The notes under the pieces: model-generated
Seen by the model: only the letters and a program-made list of their open reading frames with translations
Databases searched by the model: none
What the model was told of the DNA's origin: nothing
Shown here: positions 28,449-36,616 of the stretch, one piece after another
Layout: the number at the start of each line of letters is the position of its first letter
Numbering within the stretch: position 1 is the first letter of the stretch
NCBI GenBank assembly: GCA_018693315.1
Contig: JABHLR010000005.1
Span: forward strand, 97,049-161,048
Direction of reading: 5' to 3'
DNA from: an archaeon
GTDB lineage: Archaea; Nanobdellota; Nanobdellia; Pacearchaeales; GW2011-AR1
Length of the DNA stretch: 64,000 nucleotides
Program-made: the position numbers and the translations under genes

Positions 28449-29030
28449 TTAGCCGTAGAGGGTTGAGACATCGCCATCGTCATCGCCATCATCGTTGTCT
28501 TCGCCGGACATGAAGTTCCATACAATGTTTATCCTGCCTCTGATGAACATCGGCATGCCGGTTACGGCCCACACTAAAGTGATCAGGATGTAGGCTGATA
28601 TCGATATGCTACTTCCGAAGAGGCTCCAGATTACGTCGACGAATACTGCCGGTCCCAAGAGTATTCCTGCGGCGATTAAGCAGACTACTCCGGAAAGGAC
28701 GACTGTGACGATTGTTGTAGTCGCGACGAAGATGTTCCCAGGGAGCGCCTTCCAGCCCTTTTTGACTGATGACGCGAATGGTCCGCAAAGCCAACTGGCT
28801 GCTCTTTTGCTCCAGGGCTTTCTTTCGTCTTCGGCTTCCGGCTGTTCGGCGGGCTCGGGCTCTTCTGCTCCGATCTGATCGGGAGGCGTGAGCTCGATCT
28901 CTTCTCTTGGCGGTTCGTCTGTCTGCGGCGCGGGGCTTGGTGCTACTATCTGTTCCGGCGCCTGTGTTTGTGCGGAATCCGGTGCTTGGTCGTCGCCCGG
29001 TGTTTGACCAGTATTGTCGTTGTCTGCCAA
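28449..29030 (-). CDS. membrane protein with acidic Pro-rich N-terminal region
   Basis: TTG start 6 nt after AAAGGAG. 3-4 TM segments in the C-terminal half. Ends with an Asp-rich tail. Confidence 0.6.
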   Translation of the reverse strand: MADNDNTGQTPGDDQAPDSAQTQAPEQIVAPSPAPQTDEPPREEIELTPPDQIGAEEPEPAEQPEAEDERKPWSKRAASWLCGPFASSVKKGWKALPGNIFVATTTIVTVVLSGVVCLIAAGILLGPAVFVDVIWSLFGSSISISAYILITLVWAVTGMPMFIRGRINIVWNFMSGEDNDDGDDDGDVSTLYG

Positions 29031-29450
29031 TATAGACTCCTTTCAGTCATATGTTTTGGCGCGTCTTTCCACCACATACAATGGCGGTTTGTTTCGTTTT
29101 TCGGCTAGTCGTCTTCTTCGTCGGGGCTATCTTCGCTTGTTCCGACGTTTCTGAGGCTTTCTTCTCTCCGTCTTTGTGCTTCCCTTCTTTCGATGCTGAA
29201 ATTTCCGTGTGCCATACACACCTCTGTTTCGTTAGGTTGATTCGGACGAGTTGAAGGAAGAGATCCGCTCGAGTAATGCGCCGAACGTCTGATGGGCGGC
29301 TCGAGCGGATACTCAACCTTGTCGATAGTTAATAGACTGGGATCCTGAAGCTTCGCCGTTAGCTTGTAACGTCTGGCAGAATCCCAGGTGAGACAGTATA
29401 CCGATAATTGACTGTGCGCGTGTTGTTGCGGCGGGCGAGTCGCTATACTG

Positions 29451-29894
29451 TTACTGCGTTTGTGTCTGCGGACTTTTTGTTGTGGCCAGCTTCCAGATTA
29501 AGCAGAGGAAGAGGACTACGCAGAAAGCCCCGGAGAGCGCGTAGCCGATTTTGAAGTCAGCTGCTCGTTCTCCCCAGTTTGCGATGACCTTTATCTGGCC
29601 GAAGCATTCCAATGCATAGTGTTTCAGGAAGGCTCCGACTTTCTCCACCGTGTTGCGCTTGAGAACGCCGGACATCTCAGCTGTGAAAAGCCTGGCGAGC
29701 ATAAACGTTGCGAACGGTGCGATTGCGGCTACGAACTTTCCTGCTAGACTTTCGGACGTTTGCCACAACATGTAGGCGGCGTAGAGTCCGAGCAAGGCGG
29801 CGCCAACAACTCTCCAATCTTTTGGGACCTCGATTGACATCATGACCAGGAAGATCAGGAGTAACGCATTGAATTTTATGTCTTTTCGCTGCAT
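29451..29894 (-). CDS. membrane protein (about 4 TM)
   Basis: GAAAGGAG 7 nt before the ATG. Hydrophobic helices throughout. Confidence 0.65.
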   Translation of the reverse strand: MQRKDIKFNALLLIFLVMMSIEVPKDWRVVGAALLGLYAAYMLWQTSESLAGKFVAAIAPFATFMLARLFTAEMSGVLKRNTVEKVGAFLKHYALECFGQIKVIANWGERAADFKIGYALSGAFCVVLFLCLIWKLATTKSPQTQTQ

Positions 29895-29907
29895 AATAAT
29901 CTCCTTT

Positions 29908-30162
29908 CTAGTCCATGATGTTTTCGACTCCGCCGGGCTTCTGTGTCTTCTCGGCGAAGGGGGTCATGAGAGTGGTTTCGCTGCCTTTAGCACTTTTGTG
30001 CCGGAGGTCGCCGAGGGAAGTCCTGATTCTTCCGAACCGAAGACTTGTTTTGTATTCGGCGTCCCTGACATCGACGCATCCACTTGTCATCATCGTCATT
30101 GCGGATACAAGCACCAGTACGATTACGGTTACGATCTGAGCTGTTCTTCTGTGAGCGTTCAT
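29908..30162 (-). CDS. small lipoprotein (84 aa)
   Basis: MNAHRRTAQIVTVIVLVLVSAMTMMTSGC has a lipobox-like TSGC. AGGAG upstream of the ATG at 30162. Confidence 0.6.
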   Translation of the reverse strand: MNAHRRTAQIVTVIVLVLVSAMTMMTSGCVDVRDAEYKTSLRFGRIRTSLGDLRHKSAKGSETTLMTPFAEKTQKPGGVENIMD

Positions 30163-30429
30163 CGCTTTTTCTCCTGCACCCAAGTGCATTTGGAAAAGCA
30201 TCCGTGCTTTGGTTTGTCAATCCATTTTGAACAAAAGCTTACCCAGCGTCTTGTTCTTGAAGATCGAGAGCTCCTTCCGGTTACAATCTCTCAACCCTTT
30301 CGGATTTCGGCGTGTGTGACTTCGCGATTTCTCCTTTCGCTGTGTCGTTTATCGTGAACACCTTGTGGTGTGTTAGTGTTTGTCTAAGGTTTGCCGTGAT
30401 AAGCTCTCGTGGAGCGTATCAGATCAGAC

Positions 30430-30492
30430 CCTAAAACAACGCCGACCGCGAGATCGTTTGTGGCTTTTATCTTACAAGGATCTCGCGGTCGG
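30430..30492 (-). terminator. rho-independent-type terminator
   Basis: 14-bp perfect stem CCGACCGCGAGATC/GATCTCGCGGTCGG (30442-30455 and 30479-30492), followed on the minus strand by CGUUGUUUUAGGG. Lies just downstream of 30510..31370. Confidence 0.7.
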
Positions 30493-30509
30493 GCTGGCTG
30501 GCTTTGATG

Positions 30510-31370
30510 CTAACGGATTTCTGGCACGTTGAGCGGCCGCTTGCTTGCCGTCCATTTTTCTGAAATCAGCTTGATGGCTGCTTCAACGTCAGGATCTCCC
30601 TTGGTCAATTCTAGGGCTTCTCGCAGCTTTGGTATCATCGGCTTGGCTTGTGCGCCGATTATTCCGAGGATCTGTGCGGCGTTTGCGGTATCCTTCCCTC
30701 CCTGTTCCAGTTTTTTGCTAAGTACTGGGAAGGTGAATGTTCCGAACTGCTCTAGCATCCGGGTGGCCTTTTCGCTTCTCTTCCCGGTTTTTTCAGAATA
30801 CGCCTCGAACAACTGTTCGGTGAGGCGGTCCTTGTGCCAGTAGGTTACCTCTCCTTCATCATTCTTAACGCCCGAGATTGCGAAGTCGCCTTGCATTAGC
30901 CCTATCAACTTTTCTCTGGTCTCGTTGATTATGTCTCTAGGGGGGCCGGCGACGTCTCGCTTGTTGGAGAGAACGCACGTTATTCTGGAGCAGTTTTCTT
31001 TTTCGACTTTGGCAATTAGCTCAATGCCGGGTTCGTAGGTGAGCCTTAGACTGACGCAGTCGGGTACTGCCTTGAGGAGTTCCGCACTGGCGTTCCTCAT
31101 GCTCTCGATTGCAACCTTCTCTCGTTCTTCATCTGTTTGTGTCGCTTTGTTGACCTTTTGACTTTCGGGCGTCAGGTGGTCGTAGATGAAGAAGTTGATA
31201 GATTGACCCAGAAATCCCCAGGCTGTGGCACCCGAGTAGACTCCAATGAGAATCAGCAGAATTTCTGGGAACCACAGTCTTTTGCGCTTGACCATCTTAC
31301 GACCCGCGATGATAAAACTCGCTATGCATACTACGCACAGCCCGATACCGACTAATTCTAGAAACGACAT
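30510..31370 (-). CDS. N-terminally anchored protein with C-terminal HEAT-like repeats
   Basis: AAAGGAG 6 nt before the ATG at 31370. 2 N-terminal TM segments. C-terminus AAQILGIIGAQAKPMIPKLREALELTKGDPDVEAAIKLI resembles HEAT/PBS-lyase repeats. Confidence 0.65.
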   Translation of the reverse strand: MSFLELVGIGLCVVCIASFIIAGRKMVKRKRLWFPEILLILIGVYSGATAWGFLGQSINFFIYDHLTPESQKVNKATQTDEEREKVAIESMRNASAELLKAVPDCVSLRLTYEPGIELIAKVEKENCSRITCVLSNKRDVAGPPRDIINETREKLIGLMQGDFAISGVKNDEGEVTYWHKDRLTEQLFEAYSEKTGKRSEKATRMLEQFGTFTFPVLSKKLEQGGKDTANAAQILGIIGAQAKPMIPKLREALELTKGDPDVEAAIKLISEKWTASKRPLNVPEIR

Positions 31371-31393
31371 GTGAGTCTCCTTTTCTTCTCTGG

Positions 31394-31411
31394 GCACCCT
31401 TTGCTAGGTGC
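31394..31411 (-). promoter_or_regulatory. conserved hairpin box GCACC-N8-GGTGC in a 5' leader (copy 1)
   Basis: gcaccctttgctaggtgc is identical to 31936..31953. It sits about 24 nt upstream of the start of 30510..31370. Confidence 0.5.
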
Positions 31412-31539
31412 TTAATAATAGGCATACTGCGATATTGCAGTAAGTTTTTGTAAAATAGGCCCGACCGCGGAAGGGGTTGTTCGTCCATCTTTAGTAAGAC
31501 AAAGGGGATTTTCCACGGCCAGGCAGTTTCGGCGTTGGA

Positions 31540-31917
31540 CTAGTCTCGATGGGAGTTTTTTATGATCTCTGGCAGAAGAACCGTTTCGCCTGTTCTTGGA
31601 TGGATTGGTCCTCCGAGAGCTGGGCCTACCCATTGTGCCATCGCGCTTTTGAAGCTGCGGTGGTTGGCTTTAATGTTCTTCCATAGAGATCTGATTCCCA
31701 GTATCGCGACTGAAGCGAGGGTTGTGACTAGAAGCAATATGTAGAGATAGATTCTTATTCTGCTCTCTTCTATGTGCGTTCTTGCTCGCAATTCGTCGCT
31801 TGTTCCGGTCATCTGCGTGGTTGCCGTGTCTTTGTTTGCGTAACCATAAATGTGTCCGGCTACGTATACAACTAACAACACGGTTAATACCAATACTGCT
31901 GCTTTTACGAATTTCAT
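31540..31917 (-). CDS. small membrane protein (2 TM)
   Basis: AAAGGAG 7 nt before the ATG at 31917. MKFVKAAVLVLTVLLVVYVAG plus a second TM segment. Confidence 0.65.
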   Translation of the reverse strand: MKFVKAAVLVLTVLLVVYVAGHIYGYANKDTATTQMTGTSDELRARTHIEESRIRIYLYILLLVTTLASVAILGIRSLWKNIKANHRSFKSAMAQWVGPALGGPIHPRTGETVLLPEIIKNSHRD

Positions 31918-31935
31918 CTTGCGGCTCCTTTCTAT

Positions 31936-31953
31936 GCACCCTTTGCTAGGTGC
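31936..31953 (-). promoter_or_regulatory. conserved hairpin box GCACC-N8-GGTGC in a 5' leader (copy 2)
   Basis: Identical 18-mer to 31394..31411, about 19 nt upstream of the start of 31540..31917. Confidence 0.5.
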
Positions 31954-32377
31954 GACTAAGATATACAACGATAAGTCCCGTGGGGCGTATCGCAGTAGTT
32001 CTTAGTAAAAGGGACCGGGCCTGGTCACGCGGTAATTGCCGGGATGCTAATGACGTCTAGCATATGGGACATAAGATTTTTCGCGACCAGGCCCAGCGTA
32101 TAATAAAAGAGCTCATGCAGGCTTTGGGGCGGCAGGTGAATGCCCGGTAACCTTTACCCGTAGTTATCGGTGGAGGTAGATCCGATATCGAGTTAACATG
32201 AGCTCCGCGGGTTTGTAAATTGGAAGGCCTGTTTAAACATGGATCTCACCCATGTCGATCTCACTTGTAGGCTGAACTCGCAGGGGAATCCCCAGCGACC
32301 TACTTGTGGTCATTCGCTTGTTGTGGTGGAATATATTGTCTATTCCTGAAGCGATCAGACCTTCCGAGTTCGGAGAG

Positions 32378-32911
32378 CTACCTGTTGTGCGGGCCGTTAG
32401 ATAGGCCGGTTGCGACTTCCTTTGATAGCGCCAGGACCACTATCGCGACAATTACTGTTACGGCTAGCGAGAGCAAGAGTTTTCCTGCAACTATACAAGT
32501 TGCTGCCGTTATGATCACCAGGGCGATAGCTATCCATGCTTTGGGGTCGTTCCTGATTGCCCTGATTTTTCTTGTTGTCGCGGACCAGATTCTTTGGCAG
32601 GTATCAGCTGCTATTATCAGGGTCACGAATACTACAAGCAGGGTTGTGAGCATTGTGAAACTTTCTTTTGGAGGGTCCCTTCGTTTCTTTTTCGGCCAGA
32701 CTTTTTTGTATACTTTATACGTCCAGATGACGGTTAAGTAGTAGACTAGGAATGCCGCTACGAAGACGCCGAGGAACGTCTTGACGGAGAGATAGAGAGC
32801 GCTCCGCTCGAAGACATTTTCTGGTATCTCGATTGTGGTTTCCGAATTTGTCAACGCCTTGATTGGGAACCTGAAGAGGCCTTCCCACGAACCGCTCTGC
32901 CCTTTTCTCAT
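32378..32911 (-). CDS. membrane protein (4 TM)
   Basis: GAAAGGAG 5 nt before the ATG at 32911. Four hydrophobic helices and a KKKRRDPPKE loop. Confidence 0.65.
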   Translation of the reverse strand: MRKGQSGSWEGLFRFPIKALTNSETTIEIPENVFERSALYLSVKTFLGVFVAAFLVYYLTVIWTYKVYKKVWPKKKRRDPPKESFTMLTTLLVVFVTLIIAADTCQRIWSATTRKIRAIRNDPKAWIAIALVIITAATCIVAGKLLLSLAVTVIVAIVVLALSKEVATGLSNGPHNR

Positions 32912-33622
32912 AATGGCTCCTTTCATGGCGCCTTAGTTTGTATATGCGAAGGAACCCGGCCTGCACGAACCACCCACATTTGGTGTTCCGGGTTCCTTCT
33001 GTGTAACGAGTGATCTTGCCGAAACAATCAGCGTTGCACTCGGGACATTTTGCGGCGGCGTGGCACTATTAATGGCGAACCGGGAAAGGAGAGAAACCGG
33101 TTCACCAAAGCCCACGCCGCCTTGTTTTGTTTGTGCGTCTCCTTTTCGTAAAAATTACAAAGGGAACTCGAGATCGCTGCAAGGATGGCGAGTCCAAATC
33201 TCGAGCCCCTTTGCGTGCAGTGAATGCTATCTTCAGCAGCCACTTCTTGTGTTGTCGAGTGGGGCGGCCGGGATCACAGTGAGTGCGGCACTGTGGCAAA
33301 TATCCCGGACCGCCAAAGCGAGCTTGGAACATGACAGCAGCAACCTGTCACGGATCATCAGAATCGCAGGAGCCGGTCAAAACCTACTTATCGTGATCTC
33401 CTTCTGGGAAGGTCAAGCTGGCACCACTCAACTTATAATAATCGAGAAATCAGGTAGACACTTTGCTTTTTAGTGTCAAGCCAGGATTTACTTCATCTTC
33501 CTGAACCCTGCACAAATACCTGATCTTTTTTTACCTGATTCTCGATGTTGGTAATTAAGGAATCCTGATGGCGGAGTTTTATTTCCTTGTCAGGATCCCT
33601 TGGAGAAAACCATGGCGAATGG

Positions 33623-33772
33623 TTACTTTGTTATTCTCCGTACTGGAATGAACATTGTCCAGCTAGAACTTTTTCGTCTGTGGAGAGTGGCGGCGTTTAT
33701 GATGATGCATACTAAAGTAATGATCACCATTGCTACCATTTCGAATAAAACTTTTGCGCACTTCTTTGCCAT
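33623..33772 (-). CDS. small single-TM protein (49 aa)
   Basis: Hand translation: MAKKCAKVLFEMVAMVIITLVCIIINAATLHRRKSSSWTMFIPVRRITK. AGAAAGGAA lies 7 nt upstream. A GGATCCTGA/TCAGGATTCC hairpin follows the stop. Confidence 0.45.
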   Translation of the reverse strand: MAKKCAKVLFEMVAMVIITLVCIIINAATLHRRKSSSWTMFIPVRRITK

Positions 33773-33881
33773 TTCAGAATTCCTTTCTTAGTTGGCGTTG
33801 TTTCGACTAAAGAGTTCTATCGCGTACACTTGCCAAGGTGTACAGGACAGAACTCTCCTATGCGAGCGAGAGTTTGCGGGG

Positions 33882-34127
33882 TTACTCCAGAATTCCTGGG
33901 ATTCCTGGAGCGGCTTTCGGCTCTTCTTTTAGCTGTGCGAACGACCATCCTTTTTTAAGGCCGTCGTTTATGAACACGGCAGATGCTGTTCCAAGTAAGA
34001 TCGAAGCAATTATGCAAAATATTCCGCCCCAGAAATAGTTTCGCATTAGTTTCGGTGCTACTCGAATCATGAGGAGTACTGCGATGGCTGCGAGAACGAC
34101 GCCGATAAGTAGTTCGATTATACCCAT
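33882..34127 (-). CDS. small membrane protein (2 TM)
   Basis: GAAAGGAG 7 nt before the ATG. MGIIELLIGVVLAAIAVLLMI and FWGGIFCIIASILLGTASAVF. Confidence 0.65.
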   Translation of the reverse strand: MGIIELLIGVVLAAIAVLLMIRVAPKLMRNYFWGGIFCIIASILLGTASAVFINDGLKKGWSFAQLKEEPKAAPGIPGILE

Positions 34128-34147
34128 TATTGGGCTCCTTTCTGCGT

Positions 34148-34354
34148 TTAGTCGGTTGTCGAGAGTTTGCCCATTTCATCGTAGAGCATTTGCGTTGTGA
34201 TTCCTTCTCTTGTACGGAAGGTTTTTACAAATGCTGCTAGAATGTCTTGCATTTCTCGGCAGTTCGATGATTGAGGGAGGCCGCCCTCGTCTAGACGTGC
34301 CTTTAGGAACGTTGCTTCTGCTGGCATTATTCCAACGGTTGCGAAGTCGTCCAT
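34148..34354 (-). CDS. small soluble hypothetical protein (68 aa)
   Basis: AAAAGGAT 7 nt before the ATG. Tightly packed with its neighbours. Confidence 0.55.
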   Translation of the reverse strand: MDDFATVGIMPAEATFLKARLDEGGLPQSSNCREMQDILAAFVKTFRTREGITTQMLYDEMGKLSTTD

Positions 34355-34391
34355 ACGCTTTATCCTTTTCTTCTAGAGTTTCTGATACAGG

Positions 34392-34454
34392 GGCATGCGG
34401 CAGGGTGCACCAGCTAATGGAACCGGTGCAGCCTACTTCGTGTCTCTGCGTGGG
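34392..34454 (-). repeat. 63-bp intergenic repeat, copy 1
   Basis: ggcatgcggcagggtgcaccagctaatggaaccggtgcagcctacttcgtgtctctgcgtggg. Differs at 1 nt from 34728..34790. Ends just before the stop codon of 34456..34686 (1 nt between). Confidence 0.85.
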
Positions 34455-34455
34455 G

Positions 34456-34686
34456 TTAATTTGATGGGCCCCTCTTCTTGACTTCCGTCAGTATTTTGCG
34501 GAAGGTTTCAATATTCAAGCTTCCCCATACTCGGAAGGTGGCTTTGAAACTCCTTAGGGCTTCCGTTATTATTGCGTCATCTACTTCTGGAAAGCCCTTG
34601 TTTCGTATCAAGAAGATCCTTAAGTGACCTTCTTCGCTCGGGCCTATTCGTTTCATTATGTCGGAAATAGTATCGACTTTTGCCAT
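34456..34686 (-). CDS. small soluble hypothetical protein (76 aa)
   Basis: GAAAGGAG 8 nt before the ATG at 34686 (MAKVDTISD...). Confidence 0.6.
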   Translation of the reverse strand: MAKVDTISDIMKRIGPSEEGHLRIFLIRNKGFPEVDDAIITEALRSFKATFRVWGSLNIETFRKILTEVKKRGPSN

Positions 34687-34727
34687 CGCGCTTGCTCCTT
34701 TCGAGCTTAGAATTTTCGGTTTACAAA

Positions 34728-34790
34728 GGCATGCGGCAGGGTGCACCAGCTAATGGAACCGGTGCAGCCTACTTCGTGTCTCTGTGTGGG
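34728..34790 (-). repeat. 63-bp intergenic repeat, copy 2
   Basis: Same 63-mer (c->t at one position). Directly abuts the stop codon of 34791..35168. Confidence 0.85.
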
Positions 34791-35168
34791 TTACTTCTGC
34801 ACTTCGAACTCTCGTGTTCGTTCCGGCGCGCGTATTGTTCCGGCGCGGAGCCATCCCGTATCGCTATGGGAGTTTTCCACGAATATTATGAATTCTTGGC
34901 CGTCTCGAATTACACAATATTTTGTTTGGAAGCTGACGATTCCGGTTGGTTCCTCATTTGAGGGTTCGTTTTCGTTGCGCGCGGTCTCGATTCGTATGAA
35001 CCGGCCCTTAAGATTGTGGATCTCGCCTTCTTCTTGCCCTTCGTGTCTGACAATCTCTACTCCTAGATGGGCATCTTTTCTTGAGTAGGATCTTCGTTCC
35101 CGGCATCCGGCGAGCGTTGTTATCATTACAAGGCTTGCACACACAATAAATCGGGTTGCCTGTTTCAT
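34791..35168 (-). CDS. lipoprotein (125 aa)
   Basis: MKQATRFIVCASLVMITTLAGC has the lipobox LAGC. GAAAGGAG 4 nt before the ATG. Confidence 0.7.
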   Translation of the reverse strand: MKQATRFIVCASLVMITTLAGCRERRSYSRKDAHLGVEIVRHEGQEEGEIHNLKGRFIRIETARNENEPSNEEPTGIVSFQTKYCVIRDGQEFIIFVENSHSDTGWLRAGTIRAPERTREFEVQK

Positions 35169-35206
35169 GAGTCTCCTTTCAGGCGTTAGTACAATTGTCT
35201 TGCGAC

Positions 35207-35281
35207 TGGGAGAGGCAGGATTCGAACCGTTGCAACCGGGTCATTTGAGGTGACCTGCTCTGCCAATTGAGCTACTCTCCC
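35207..35281 (-). tRNA. tRNA-like gene, anticodon UCA (opal-reading, Trp-tRNA-like body); irregular, possibly a pseudo-tRNA
   Basis: Hand fold of the minus strand: acceptor GGGAGAG/CTCTCCC, D arm GCTC-AATTGGCA-GAGC, anticodon arm GGTCA-CCTCAAA-TGACC, T loop TTCGAAT. C at position 33 and a 2-nt bulge in the T stem (GCA-AC-GG vs CCTGC) are atypical. No encoded CCA. Confidence 0.55.
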
Positions 35282-35404
35282 GGTTGGCCAGGCGCTCCTG
35301 TGGGGGGAGACAGGATGGAGGCGGGGGGGACCTCTGCCCGACCGGGTAGTTCATCATTGCAGGTGATGCTATGACTAGCTACCGTTTGATTTCGACGGGT
35401 TGGA

Positions 35405-35644
35405 CTAGGCTTTGATGTCGGACTTTATGATGCATTCTCTGCAGGGGTTGCTGCTGCGGCTATTATCTGCTGCGAAAACTTCATGGCCCTTGCTGCATCT
35501 GGCGACAGCTTCGATGGTGCTTTTTCTGGCTGTGACTTTTTCGTTCGCTTCTTGGTCGGTTTTGTTATGACCAGTACAACGACGGTCGGCTTTTCGGATC
35601 CAGTTCTTAAATCCATTCGTGAGATCATAGCACAATCCTTTCAT
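35405..35644 (-). CDS. small Cys-containing hypothetical protein (frame ambiguous)
   Basis: The ATG at 35644 lies 1 nt after the upstream stop (coupling). The alternative overlapping frame 35425..35628 has AAAGGA 7 nt upstream of its ATG. I cannot choose between them from sequence. Confidence 0.35.
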   Translation of the reverse strand: MKGLCYDLTNGFKNWIRKADRRCTGHNKTDQEANEKVTARKSTIEAVARCSKGHEVFAADNSRSSNPCRECIIKSDIKA

Positions 35645-35645
35645 G

Positions 35646-35987
35646 CTAACGGGGTTTCTTCTTTGCGGGGGCGAGGATTGCGCCGGTCTTTCTGTTGACT
35701 CGGTATCCTGCCTTGGAGTAACCTATCGTGGCGATGTCGCTTTGCGCGGCAGTTGGTTCGCCTATTTTGTAGACATTTCCATCTTCATCGATGTCGTATA
35801 TATCTGACCATGCTGACGGGTCGTTGATATTTTTGTGTGTCAGCTTTGGCTTCTGTGGTGCGGCGTTTGTAGTCGGAACGCTTTTATCTGTTCCGGCGGG
35901 GTTAGCGATGATGTCCTTGCTTGCGAACTGCACGAATGCGGCTGCGATTGCAAGGAATATGAGCACTGCTGCGAATTTTCGGTTCAC
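35646..35987 (-). CDS. secreted hypothetical protein (113 aa)
   Basis: GTG start 6 nt after GAAAGGAG. Signal-like MNRKFAAVLIFLAIAAAFVQFAS. Confidence 0.6.
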   Translation of the reverse strand: MNRKFAAVLIFLAIAAAFVQFASKDIIANPAGTDKSVPTTNAAPQKPKLTHKNINDPSAWSDIYDIDEDGNVYKIGEPTAAQSDIATIGYSKAGYRVNRKTGAILAPAKKKPR

Positions 35988-36255
35988 TGTGAGCTCCTTT
36001 CATTTAGCCTGAGCACATTGCGGCGAAGGATAGTAGTGTGAAAAACAATACTTTTCTTCTGTGCTTTGCTTCTTCTGATGTACCGAACATTTGTTTCTCC
36101 TCCGGCTGTGAGCGTTAGGGGTTTTAACGGTTACTGAATATTACCTCTCTTGGAGGGCATATCCTGGAATCGTTGTTAATAGTAGACCCCGGGGCACTGG
36201 CGGGTTCGGACAGTGGGAAAAGTGCGCCCGGGGTCTCTGGTTCGTGTTGCGACTG

Positions 36256-36444
36256 TTAGGCTTCGTCCGGCTTTTTCTTCCCTGTTCCCTTGAGTGCTTC
36301 GCTACATACCTTTCTGCACTCTGGACATTCCATATTATCTCTAACCAGATTATGGAATTCGTTGAGATCTCTCTCTTTCGCTGCCTGTAGCTGTTTGGCC
36401 GTCAGGTGCGAATGCTCTGCCTTTGCTTCTTGCGTCTGTTGCAT
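36256..36444 (-). CDS. small protein with a CxxC motif (62 aa)
   Basis: MQQTQEAKAEH...MECPECRKVCSE. GGAG upstream. A GACCCCGGG/CCCGGGGTC hairpin lies downstream. Confidence 0.5.
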   Translation of the reverse strand: MQQTQEAKAEHSHLTAKQLQAAKERDLNEFHNLVRDNMECPECRKVCSEALKGTGKKKPDEA

Positions 36445-36616
36445 CTTTACGCTCCATCTGAGGTTTTCGAATTAACGACTTGTTGCTAGGATCCTTTCGC
36501 ATAAAGCTTCGCACTTTTCGCAGCCAATTATTGACATGGCTACTACGAGAAGGGTCCCGTCTTTGTGGAAGGCGATAGCATCGTCCTCCGTGAGGCATTC
36601 GTGATCAAGCAATGGT

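Noticed and set aside
29047-29316. 89-aa ORF, and a 29-aa basic alternative (29126..29215, MAHGNFSIERREAQRRREGKPQKRRNKRR).
   Set aside because: Neither has a convincing SD plus start combination comparable with neighbouring genes, and both have odd composition. Left unannotated.
36472-36612. 46-aa Cys-containing ORF starting at TTG (LLDHECLTEDDAIAFHKDG...CEKCEALCERILATSR) that fills the gap between two island genes.
   Set aside because: It is plausible: it has an upstream AAGGAG and is tightly packed. But the TTG start with 10-nt spacing and the competing overlapping frame 36350..36598 make it too uncertain to call.
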